A stretch of DNA of 64,000 nucleotides from a bacterium (GCA_963663365.2 CAXXIH010000008.1:1256319-1320318), one strand, 5' to 3'. Counted from the first letter of the stretch, positions 10,905-18,861 are shown. A program made the numbers and translations. The notes: a model not told the origin generated them from the sequence alone.

Positions 10905-11309
10905 TCAGTGTCGAACAAACATCTGTGGCGGCTCATCGCCGCCTATGAGATGTCTCGCTAGGCATATTGGACAATGATATACCAATCGCACACCTCCAAC
11001 AGTATTTTCAGGTCCATTGAGATGAATTACTGCTTTTTTGCTTTCCCAACAGTTGCGGCAACAAGGGTGTTCTTGGTTTTCATCATTGCTCTCATAATAA
11101 AATGGAGGACTATATATCATTTTCCCAAACTCACTTAACTTATCGGCAAGAACCGCTTTATCGTTCGTCAACTCAACCATTCTGGTTTGGATATTGAGAA
11201 CTAGAGAATTTAGGGATACCATCTTTTCCTGAAGATCTGCATCCTTCCTTTTATTTGCCCAATCTGCAATCCATTTAATTAGTTTTGCTATTTCAAGCCA
11301 CTCTTGCAT
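10905..11309 (-). CDS. hypothetical coiled-coil protein with C-terminal Zn-ribbon
   Basis: 134 aa in an AT-rich region. The N-terminal half is heptad-like. The C-terminus has CCRNC...(22 aa)...CPIC, a pair of CxxC motifs. Confidence 0.55.
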   Translation of the reverse strand: MQEWLEIAKLIKWIADWANKRKDADLQEKMVSLNSLVLNIQTRMVELTNDKAVLADKLSEFGKMIYSPPFYYESNDENQEHPCCRNCWESKKAVIHLNGPENTVGGVRLVYHCPICLARHLIGGDEPPQMFVRH

Positions 11310-11379
11310 AATTCGGGCCCTTATATCTTTTCAGCGTTATGGAAATTTCTACAAGAATCTCACTTTCTACTAACAGATA

Positions 11380-11688
11380 TTATTTCTTGCCGCACGGCGG
11401 ATTGTAATGTTCTCGAATTTCACTTTCAATCTGAGTGCGCCCCGCTGACTGCTGATTTGGCGTATAATAAACAGAAAACTTTATAGTCCCATAGCAGTTT
11501 TCTTCCCAACAGCCTGCTCGATCATGGCTTTCAATACGCGACTTGACTTGCGCGGACTCACCGACATCCACGACACTGCATTTTCCATCGCTGTAGCATA
11601 GAATAACATAGACACCTGAGGAGTCCTTCAAATAGGAACTATCGTCATAAGGGCCTTCAAATGAGTATTGACATATCTTGATAGCCAT
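11380..11688 (-). CDS. small standalone GIY-YIG-like nuclease-domain protein
   Basis: 102 aa. AGGAG lies 7 nt upstream of the ATG. 'GVYVI...VDVGESAQVKSRIESH...IESEIREHYN' fits the GIY / YIG / Arg / His / Glu / Asn order of the GIY-YIG fold. Confidence 0.55.
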   Translation of the reverse strand: MAIKICQYSFEGPYDDSSYLKDSSGVYVILCYSDGKCSVVDVGESAQVKSRIESHDRAGCWEENCYGTIKFSVYYTPNQQSAGRTQIESEIREHYNPPCGKK

Positions 11689-11689
11689 T

Positions 11690-11956
11690 TTATTTCTCCT
11701 TCTTTTTTTGTTTCAAACTGGAATAACTGCGAAAGTAATGTTGACTCACTCCTATAAATTTCGATATCTCAGCCGGGAGCACGTTAGGTCGGACAGTATC
11801 AAACCGTTTGTCAGTTTTGCTGATACCCAAAAAGTTTTTCTTTCCGCTGCCATTAATATCTCGATGTTATACGTTGACGTTAGACTGAATTCTGAATGGC
11901 TCGCCATTAGCTGCAAATTGCCGAAAAGTTTTGATTGTTAGTTCAGATAAATACAT
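11690..11956 (-). pseudogene. stub of an ABC/AAA_15-type P-loop ATPase, interrupted by an in-frame TAA and truncated after Walker A
   Basis: AAGGAGG-N8-ATG at 11956. The reading is MYLSELTIKTFRQFAANGEPFRIQSNVNV-TAA(11867-11869)-HRDINGSGKKNFLGISK.... It ends after 88 codons in total. 'L.IK.FR.F' plus 'NGSGKxN.L' is the canonical N-terminus of RecF/OLD/AAA_15 ATPases. Confidence 0.45.
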
Positions 11957-12289
11957 TAACTTGTTCCTCCTTATTCCCGCATCCAGAAACTACACGAAGA
12001 AACTTATTGAATAAAAAATTTGGCCGATAACCCGCCTCTTTTTCGCTATGGCTCGCTCCTTTTTCTAGAGACTCCCCTAACCGGCCTAATAATACGCACA
12101 TCGCAAGTATCTGTCAACAATATAGAACAGAGTATCAATCTGATTTTCACATATCCTTTTGCGCTACAGAAGCATATACCTTTGGCGGGCCCATTCTATA
12201 TGTTGTTCTTGTTCGTAAATGTCTATTAAACATTAACTTACGAACGACTTCGAACATTCGACATTGGAATTTCATCCCCCCATGCACGT

Positions 12290-12436
12290 ATCAAACACCG
12301 TCCAGGTTGCGTGGGCGGCGTTTTGCCACGTAAAATCTTCGACGTGATGGCCTCAGAGTGTCCAATGCTCTACGAACGATCCACCGTCCCCGCCGGATAC
12401 GCTTTTTTGCCTTCCGCTTCTAATTGTTTTAAGAAT
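12290..12436 (-). repeat. copy 1 of a ~140-nt repeated segment (3' tail of the DUF3109-like gene plus downstream DNA)
   Basis: It aligns by eye with 35397-35535 (+) and with the cores of 22478-22592 (-). Shared cores are GCGTATCCGG(A)GCGGG, GA(A/G)G(A/T)TTTTA and ACC(T/G)GGA(G)GACGG. Confidence 0.7.
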
Positions 12437-12969
12437 TTCGGGCCGAACAGGCATTCGACAATCTCGGCAATGGCGGGACAGAGGGGGGAGGCGGGCTGTT
12501 TGCGCTGCGTATTGCAGGGAAACACAAAAGCGTCGTCTTGGACGGAAATGAAGATGGGCTTGCCTTCGGAAATCGCCAAGGGCCACAGAACACAGGCTTC
12601 GGGCTTGACCTTGTAGGGCGCATCGCCAAGCCGCAAGGCCGCGCTGTGCAAGGAACAGCGAACCGCCCCGGCGTCCTTATAAGCAAAGACACACAGATCG
12701 TCATCGTCCTTATCGATTGAATACAGCCCGGGTTCTTCTTCATCGAAGATATTCTTCAGTTCGTCGTCTTCAAGCAGTTCAGGCGCAAACCGGGCCGCCT
12801 CAGCGGCATAGCCGGTGATCCGGGACATCTCCTTTTTGCCGATACAGATATCGTATTTGGAGCAGCAATATTCTGCGGGTCCGCAGCTTGTGCCATCGCA
12901 ACGGTTTTCAATCGAGAAGAGGGCATCGAGATCGACAAGATAACGGCCTATTTTGACTTCAGCAGACAT
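12370..12969 (-). CDS. Cys-rich DUF3109-like protein
   Basis: 199 aa. The cysteine pattern (C..C....CC....C ... C.F....G..RC..H ... KP..C.LWP) and the tail 'LFGPKFLKQLE' resemble DUF3109 family proteins recalled from Bacteroidetes. Confidence 0.6.
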   Translation of the reverse strand: MSAEVKIGRYLVDLDALFSIENRCDGTSCGPAEYCCSKYDICIGKKEMSRITGYAAEAARFAPELLEDDELKNIFDEEEPGLYSIDKDDDDLCVFAYKDAGAVRCSLHSAALRLGDAPYKVKPEACVLWPLAISEGKPIFISVQDDAFVFPCNTQRKQPASPLCPAIAEIVECLFGPKFLKQLEAEGKKAYPAGTVDRS

Positions 12970-13052
12970 GACGGGAGCGTCTCATAACACATTGCCTTGG
13001 GGCAAGGGCGGACGGTCTTTACGCCCGGGCTCCGATGCGCTGCATGGCGGCG

Positions 13053-14579
13053 TTAGCGCGTCCACGCCAGCCACTTTTGAAAAATCTTTTTCAACATGGG
13101 TGACAGACGAGTGCGGTTATAGGCATCTCCCAGTTGCCGTATGGCCTCGGCCTGTGTGGGATAAGGGTGAATTACACCGGCGAGTTTCCCGAGGCCGATT
13201 CCCCCCGCCATAGCAACCGATACTTCGCTAATCATATCTCCAGCGTGCTCGGCCACGATGGTACAACCAAGAATTGTATCCTTGCCTTTTTGCGTATGAA
13301 TTTTAACAAAACCTTCTTCCTCACCATCGCAAATCGCCCGGTCCACATCCCGTAAATAACGGGTATACGTGTCGATCTCGATTCCCTGCTCTTGGGCTGT
13401 ATGTTCGTAATGCCCAACATGCGCGATTTCCGGTTCCGTATAGGTACACCAAGGGACCTGCAAAGCACTCAGTTTTTTACGGCCCATAAATAATGCGTTC
13501 TGTATCACAATCCGCGCGGCGAAATCGGCGGCATGGGTAAATTTATATTGCATACACACATCGCCCGCGGCATAAATATTCGAATTGGCGGTCTGCAATT
13601 GGTCATTAACCTGCACACCGCGCATCAGGTCGTATTGAACGCCCACTTGTTCAAGATTCATATCTTCAACATTGGGCTTACGTCCGGCGCCAACCAGGAT
13701 TTCATCAACCTCAAGTTGTTTGGTTTCCCCTTGGCTTTCGTAATGGAGGACTTTCGCATTCGCGGCCTTTTCGACACGGGCAATCTTGGCTTGCAGCACC
13801 AAATTCAATCCCTCAGCGATCATGCGCTTTTGCACGATCTCTGCGGCGTCTGCGTCTTCCCGGTCCAAAAGATGATCCCGGTCATGAAACAGCGTGACCT
13901 CGGCTCCGAAACGTAAAAAGGCCTGAGCCAGTTCGCAACCGATAGGGCCACCTCCAATCACAGCCAGTCGCCGGGGAAGTTCGGTCAACGAGAAGACGGA
14001 TTCATTGGTCAAAAAACCGGCCTCTTGCAGCCCTTCGATAGGGGGGTGAAGCGCACGTGCCCCGGTACAAATAACGGCGCGTTTGTATCGCAATTCCGTA
14101 TTACCCACCTGAACCGTATCGCCGCCGGTGAATCTCGCTTGGCCCAGAAAAACATCTACGCCCAGTTCTTTGAAACGCTTAGCGGAATCATGTTTGGATA
14201 TACGGCTGCGGATTTCACGCATACGTTCCATCACTGCGCCAAAATCAACAGCCACCCCCTCGGGCACATGTACACCATACTTGTGAGCGCTTTTAACATG
14301 CTGTGCGGCTTTAGCCGAGCGAAGAAGCGCCTTTGAAGGCACGCAACCTGTATTCAAGCAGTCGCCGCCCATGAGGTGGCGTTCGACCAGGGCCACCTTC
14401 GCGCCCAATCCGGCCGCACCCGCCGCTGTCACCAAACCGGCAGTTCCCGCCCCGATCACCACCAAGTTGTAGCGCGGCGCGGGTTTGGGATTGACCCAAT
14501 CCGGCGGATGGACATGAGCAACGAGTTCTCGATTGTGCGGATCGTTCGGCGATACCTGAACGGAGGCGTTCATATTCAT
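13053..14579 (-). CDS. FAD-dependent pyridine nucleotide-disulfide oxidoreductase (annotated 'mercuric reductase-like' in databases)
   Basis: 'VVIGAGTAGL' FAD site and 'GGDCLNTGCVPSKAL' redox-active disulfide. It lacks NmerA and the C-terminal Cys pair. The start overlaps the upstream stop as ATGA. Confidence 0.9.
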   Translation of the reverse strand: MNMNASVQVSPNDPHNRELVAHVHPPDWVNPKPAPRYNLVVIGAGTAGLVTAAGAAGLGAKVALVERHLMGGDCLNTGCVPSKALLRSAKAAQHVKSAHKYGVHVPEGVAVDFGAVMERMREIRSRISKHDSAKRFKELGVDVFLGQARFTGGDTVQVGNTELRYKRAVICTGARALHPPIEGLQEAGFLTNESVFSLTELPRRLAVIGGGPIGCELAQAFLRFGAEVTLFHDRDHLLDREDADAAEIVQKRMIAEGLNLVLQAKIARVEKAANAKVLHYESQGETKQLEVDEILVGAGRKPNVEDMNLEQVGVQYDLMRGVQVNDQLQTANSNIYAAGDVCMQYKFTHAADFAARIVIQNALFMGRKKLSALQVPWCTYTEPEIAHVGHYEHTAQEQGIEIDTYTRYLRDVDRAICDGEEEGFVKIHTQKGKDTILGCTIVAEHAGDMISEVSVAMAGGIGLGKLAGVIHPYPTQAEAIRQLGDAYNRTRLSPMLKKIFQKWLAWTR

Positions 14580-15370
14580 TCAGACTCCATAACGGGGGAA
14601 CTGGAGGTTTTTTCCAGTGTTTCATCGCTCTGGATAACGCGTTGAGCACGGCGGACCAGCACGGTGATAATAACAAGTGTAACTATGACCACGATAACCA
14701 TAGTCCAGGGAACCTGACGGTTGGCGATGGCTTCTTTCACACCGGCCCCACCGGCCACATACAACACAGTTCCGGGCAACATGCACAGCCACGACCAAAA
14801 GGCATAGGTCCAAAATGGAACCCGGGTCAAGCCAAAACCATAATTCAGAAGATTGAATGGAAAGACCGGCACAAGACGCGTAATGGCAACCATGGTCTCG
14901 CCATGCCGTTCGGTTAACCGATCAAGTTTCAAAAAGAGTTTGTTATTTGACAGCCAACCGGCAATCGACTCCCGCGCAAAATAGCGTGAGATCAAAAAAC
15001 AAAGGCACGCGCCTAAGGTCGATCCCAGGCTGACCCAAATGGTTCCGAAAATAACACCGAACAACGCCCCCGCCGCCAAAGTCAGCGCCGAGCCGGGAAT
15101 CGCGGCCACGGTTGTAACAGCATAAGCTAAAATAAATGCGGCAGGCCCCCAAGGCCCAAGACCTTCGATCCAGGTATTGATGGATTTCAATTTTGCGCCA
15201 AGATCGAATTTCACAACCAAAACGGCGATTGCAATTGCCAAAACAAAAAGCACTAACGGCTTTTTCCATTTTCCGCCTTTAGAATCTTGTTCAATCGATT
15301 GTTGTCGATTCGAATCTTCTATCACAGTCCGCAGCCTCTCTTTTCCGGTCGTTTCTATGTCTGTCCGCAT
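14576..15370 (-). CDS. TVP38/TMEM64 (DedA-related) family membrane protein
   Basis: Multi-TM protein. 'RLVPVFPFNLLNYGFGLT' is the family hallmark. Confidence 0.85.
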   Translation of the reverse strand: MRTDIETTGKERLRTVIEDSNRQQSIEQDSKGGKWKKPLVLFVLAIAIAVLVVKFDLGAKLKSINTWIEGLGPWGPAAFILAYAVTTVAAIPGSALTLAAGALFGVIFGTIWVSLGSTLGACLCFLISRYFARESIAGWLSNNKLFLKLDRLTERHGETMVAITRLVPVFPFNLLNYGFGLTRVPFWTYAFWSWLCMLPGTVLYVAGGAGVKEAIANRQVPWTMVIVVIVTLVIITVLVRRAQRVIQSDETLEKTSSSPVMESE

Positions 15371-15424
15371 CAGCCGTTTATTCCTTTAAGGAATTACAGT
15401 CGCCGCAAGCAATACATGCAAATT

Positions 15425-16303
15425 CTATTTTTCATTAAGAGACCAGTCGTAATCGAGATATTCAATATCAAAACCGCCCTGTGCCAATTTCGCCGCTTGG
15501 TCTTCGGAAATATGTTGCGAAATAAAGTTGAGCACGGCCTTGCCTGATTGGCTATAGCCGTCAAAGCCACCGGCAGGCGTATATTTTGGGGAGAAATCCT
15601 CTCCAAACCATTTGAAGATCGAAGAAAGATAAACAGTCCCGTCTTCTACATGGAAATTTTGCGAGGCATCCAGAAATTTGCGTGCCTGATCTTCAAGTTG
15701 TTCATCCAGACGCGAACCAAGATACGGCTCGTTTCTCAAAAAGGGGCACCCCACCGACGCACAAACCAAGGCCATATGGATACGCGGCTCATGAAACTGC
15801 TTGCGCAGAATTTCATGCTCGATGGCATCGAGTGTGTAGTCTTTGCCGATAAATTGAGACTTGAGTTTGTCCCATACGCCCGAAATCTGGCGGATACTGT
15901 TTGATGGAAAGCGGAGAGAACCGAAAAAGCCGGCCTGAATCGGATAATTGTCGATCACAACCTGCAATGTGCGGGCATTGTAAGCATTCAACCAGAAGGC
16001 GATCTTATCGGCTTCGCTCCAACTCTGATATTCGCTTTTGCCAATCCGGGACATGGCGGAAAGATAGGCATCCAGAGAATCTCGATTGCCTTTCAGTCCC
16101 CGGTAGTCCACACGGCCATGATCATCCACATAGTGATTCAGCACTTCGGCATAGTGATCATGGTTGAATCCGGCCGATTCGGATGCAGAGGCCATGCGGA
16201 ACGCGCCTGGCAAAACGAGCAACATCCATATAAGTGGCAAAGAGCCTCCAAAACGATAAAAAGGCATAGGTATCTCCCGAAAGTCCACAACACACTTATC
16301 CAT
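15425..16303 (-). CDS. DUF547 domain-containing protein
   Basis: Patterns 'AFWLNAYNA.TL..VI', 'LD.IEH.ILR' and 'RIHMALVCASVGCP.L' are typical of DUF547. The N-terminus is signal-like. Confidence 0.8.
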   Translation of the reverse strand: MDKCVVDFREIPMPFYRFGGSLPLIWMLLVLPGAFRMASASESAGFNHDHYAEVLNHYVDDHGRVDYRGLKGNRDSLDAYLSAMSRIGKSEYQSWSEADKIAFWLNAYNARTLQVVIDNYPIQAGFFGSLRFPSNSIRQISGVWDKLKSQFIGKDYTLDAIEHEILRKQFHEPRIHMALVCASVGCPFLRNEPYLGSRLDEQLEDQARKFLDASQNFHVEDGTVYLSSIFKWFGEDFSPKYTPAGGFDGYSQSGKAVLNFISQHISEDQAAKLAQGGFDIEYLDYDWSLNEK

Positions 16304-16641
16304 TTGAGTTATCGGATGTTAAGACTGAGAAGCTGCCGCCCATGTTCCGAAACAAGCAGTGCATCGTGGTATTTAACTATGGCAACTAAATTGATTAAAA
16401 TGAGCGTCAATCCAAGGCTGGTCCCTGCTTTTTGGTTTCATTCCGGTTACAGCTCGTTCTCCTGACGGTGCGTGAACGATGGGCTATTCTGAAACGGCTG
16501 GCATAACGGCAACCAAATCTGGTTCGGCATGCCAACCGTCGAATTTGAACAGTGCATACCGGAAGTCCATGCAAATAGGTGACTTAGGGCCTAATCTAAA
16601 ACGAACTCGATTGCTTTGAATCAATCCGGAACCAACATCGA

Positions 16642-17358
16642 ATGAGTGAACAACAACCGCCTTATGACCTTTCTTTATCGGTCTTTTTTCCTTGCCATAA
16701 CGAAGTCGAGAATATCGGCCCTTTGGTTGAGAAGACTCTTGCCGTGTTGCGCCCTTTGGTACGGGACTTGGAAATACTGCCGGTAAATGACGGCAGCACA
16801 GATGGCACCAAAGAACTCTTGGATGAGTTGGCCGCCAAGCATCCCGAAGTCCGGGCCATCCATCATGAAATCAACCGTGGCTATGGCGGCGCGGTAAAGA
16901 CCGGCTTGTATGAATCCAAGAAGGAATGGGTCTTCTTTACGGATGGCGATGGCCAGTTCGACGTCTCCGAAATCGAGTCCTTTTTGCTCCATGTGGCCGA
17001 ATTCGATGCCATTGTCGGTTATCGTATGGATCGTCAGGATCCCGCGCACCGAAAGTTATTCGCTTTTTGCTGGGGAACATTGATCCGAACGCTATTCGGT
17101 TTCCGCGTGCGCGATCTGGACTGCGCATTCAAACTGTTGCGGCGAAGCATGTTTGAAGGAACCGAATTTAAAGCCGAAGGCGCGGTGATTACGGTGGAAC
17201 TGTTCGCGGTGATGCAAAAACGCGGAGCCAGGATCAAACAGATCGGAGTGCACCACTATCCGCGTACGGCGGGCCAACAATCCGGCGGAAGTCCCAAAGT
17301 GATTCTGCGGGCCTTTAAAGAACTGATCAAACTCTATGGCCGTCTGAGCGGGTCATAA
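16642..17358 (+). CDS. family 2 glycosyltransferase (dolichyl/polyprenyl-phosphate sugar synthase-like)
   Basis: 'LSVFFPCHNE', 'VNDGSTDGT', 'N.GYGGA.K.G', 'TDGDGQF'. Confidence 0.85.
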   Translation: MSEQQPPYDLSLSVFFPCHNEVENIGPLVEKTLAVLRPLVRDLEILPVNDGSTDGTKELLDELAAKHPEVRAIHHEINRGYGGAVKTGLYESKKEWVFFTDGDGQFDVSEIESFLLHVAEFDAIVGYRMDRQDPAHRKLFAFCWGTLIRTLFGFRVRDLDCAFKLLRRSMFEGTEFKAEGAVITVELFAVMQKRGARIKQIGVHHYPRTAGQQSGGSPKVILRAFKELIKLYGRLSGS

Positions 17359-17386
17359 GGCAAAACGAAAAGAAACATATCAAAAA

Positions 17387-17902
17387 ATGAATGAATCAAC
17401 TCAAACCGGACCCAAACGCCTAGCCCCTCCACTTACGGAAGAAGCCGTTTTAGATTTGAAAGAGGGCGAGGAAGTGATTATCGAGGGCTCGGTTTATGCC
17501 ATAAAGGAGTCGCTCTGTCCCGCGGCAAGCATGGCTTTGCAGCACGGCCAAGAGTTGCCGTTTAAGGCAGAAGGGCAAATCGTTCTGCTGATAGGCCCCA
17601 CCCCGCCGGAACCTCCTCGTACCGTGGGTGTCGGCGCGCAACGTTTTCCCCTGCCTTTGGATATTTTATTCAAGCAGGGAATTCGCGCCGTAATCGGTGT
17701 AGGATTTCACGGTGACAGTCTTAACGATTTATTAAAAGAATACCCGGCGGTTTGCCTGTCGGTCGATCAGGATAAGGCCTCTGCGGTTGGGGCCGCTATC
17801 AAATCCATCTCCGGAGTGGCCGCCGAAGCAGAAGCCATACGCGGTTTTCATATCTTCACCGTGGAGAATTTTCCCGCTCGGATTGTGCGAGCGGGATTGT
17901 AA
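17387..17902 (+). CDS. class-I fumarate/tartrate hydro-lyase beta-subunit-like protein, catalytic motifs not conserved
   Basis: 'PLTEEAVLDLKEGEEVIIEGSVYA...ELPF...GQIVLLIGPTP' is collinear with FumA C-terminal / TtdB proteins. The usual 'TARDAAHKR' and 'GPTTS.RMD' motifs are replaced (AIKESLCPA; GAQRFPLPLD). Confidence 0.65.
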   Translation: MNESTQTGPKRLAPPLTEEAVLDLKEGEEVIIEGSVYAIKESLCPAASMALQHGQELPFKAEGQIVLLIGPTPPEPPRTVGVGAQRFPLPLDILFKQGIRAVIGVGFHGDSLNDLLKEYPAVCLSVDQDKASAVGAAIKSISGVAAEAEAIRGFHIFTVENFPARIVRAGL

Positions 17903-17934
17903 CGAGCAGAAGGCCTATTTGACCTTATTGGAAG

Positions 17935-18735
17935 GTGCATACCATGAATTCCAAACGGTCCGTAAGATCATTGATTTCGCTGAGAATAAAACCGGGAAAC
18001 ATACAAATACTCCTGGCCGTCATGGCCGGAATGTGCCTTTGGGGATGCACAACCGGGGAGATTAAAATCCTGGAAGATGTTTTTCAGCGTCCAACGGAAA
18101 CAACCATTGAAGAGGAACAACCGCCGGTAGAAAGCACCAGCGGCTGGCACCGGAACATCACCGCAACGTATTTCGATATCACCGAATATTCCAAACCGCA
18201 AACCGCGTGGAACGATATGGACGCGTTAGAAGAGAATCCTTATTACTTGGCGTTGCCCATGAATAACCGTGTCCCGGGTTACGGACAATATGGAACCTGC
18301 AAAAACCGTTGGGTTGAAATCTACTGTGTCGATTCCGGAAAAACGGTTTACGGCCAGTGGGAGGATGTCGGGCCGTGGTTTGTGAATGATGCGGCTTATG
18401 TCTTCGATAGCAGCGGGACCATAAGGCCTTTTGCCGAACAGCATGAGGGCCAGTACTGGAATATCTACCGCGAAGATGAAGGAAAAGGCTCACGTAAACC
18501 ACGCAAGGTACTCAACGCGGCGGGGATCGACCTATCGCCGCTTTTGGCCCAGGCTGCGGGAATCGATGGCAAAGGTTTGGTGCATTGGCGTTTTGTAGAC
18601 GCGGCCGATGTGCCTAAAGGTCCATGGAGAGAGAAGGTTTCGACTTCTTCCGCACACTACCGCCAGAGGTTCTTTATGTTATTCGGCGTCGAGCACAAAC
18701 ATTGGGAACTCACCACCACGCGGGAAAACCGGTAA
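17935..18735 (+). CDS. lipoprotein, possibly RlpA-like double-psi beta-barrel domain
   Basis: Lipobox 'CLWGC'. 'YGTCKNRWVEIYC..SGKTVYGQWEDVGPW' and 'AAGIDLSP.LA.A.GI...G.V.W.FV' resemble DPBB/RlpA-like domains. The assignment is weak. Confidence 0.5.
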   Translation: MHTMNSKRSVRSLISLRIKPGNIQILLAVMAGMCLWGCTTGEIKILEDVFQRPTETTIEEEQPPVESTSGWHRNITATYFDITEYSKPQTAWNDMDALEENPYYLALPMNNRVPGYGQYGTCKNRWVEIYCVDSGKTVYGQWEDVGPWFVNDAAYVFDSSGTIRPFAEQHEGQYWNIYREDEGKGSRKPRKVLNAAGIDLSPLLAQAAGIDGKGLVHWRFVDAADVPKGPWREKVSTSSAHYRQRFFMLFGVEHKHWELTTTRENR

Positions 18736-18757
18736 GAAACATCCCGGTAACGCGGCC

Positions 18758-18816
18758 GCCGGGAGGGCGAGGTTCCACCCGAGCCGCTGTTTGCTATACA
18801 CACATATGTATCTCCT
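18758..18816 (+). repeat. interspersed repeat module A, copy 2
   Basis: GGGAGGGCGAGGTTCCACCCGAGCCGC ... CATATGTATCTCC, the same architecture as 10688-10746 and 36665-36723. Confidence 0.8.
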
Positions 18817-18861
18817 AATCTAAAAATGTTCTCAAACGCCAATATCCCATCAAGAAACTTT

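Noticed and set aside
10439-10977. Track ORFs 10439-10804(-), 10480-10977(+), 10509-10775(-) and 10727-10948(+), spanning the ThuA 3' end and the intergenic gap.
   Set aside because: They overlap a well-supported CDS in other frames, or they run through the hairpin repeat modules. Their Arg/Pro/Gly-rich sequences are typical spurious translations of GC-rich repeats. The same applies to 18826-19356, 36631-36861, 36810-37178 and 37021-37230.
13053-14579. Possible mercuric reductase (merA) and hence a mercury-resistance locus.
   Set aside because: No NmerA/HMA domain, no C-terminal vicinal cysteines, and no merR/merT/merP neighbours. It is better described as a generic FAD-dependent disulfide oxidoreductase coupled to a TVP38 protein.
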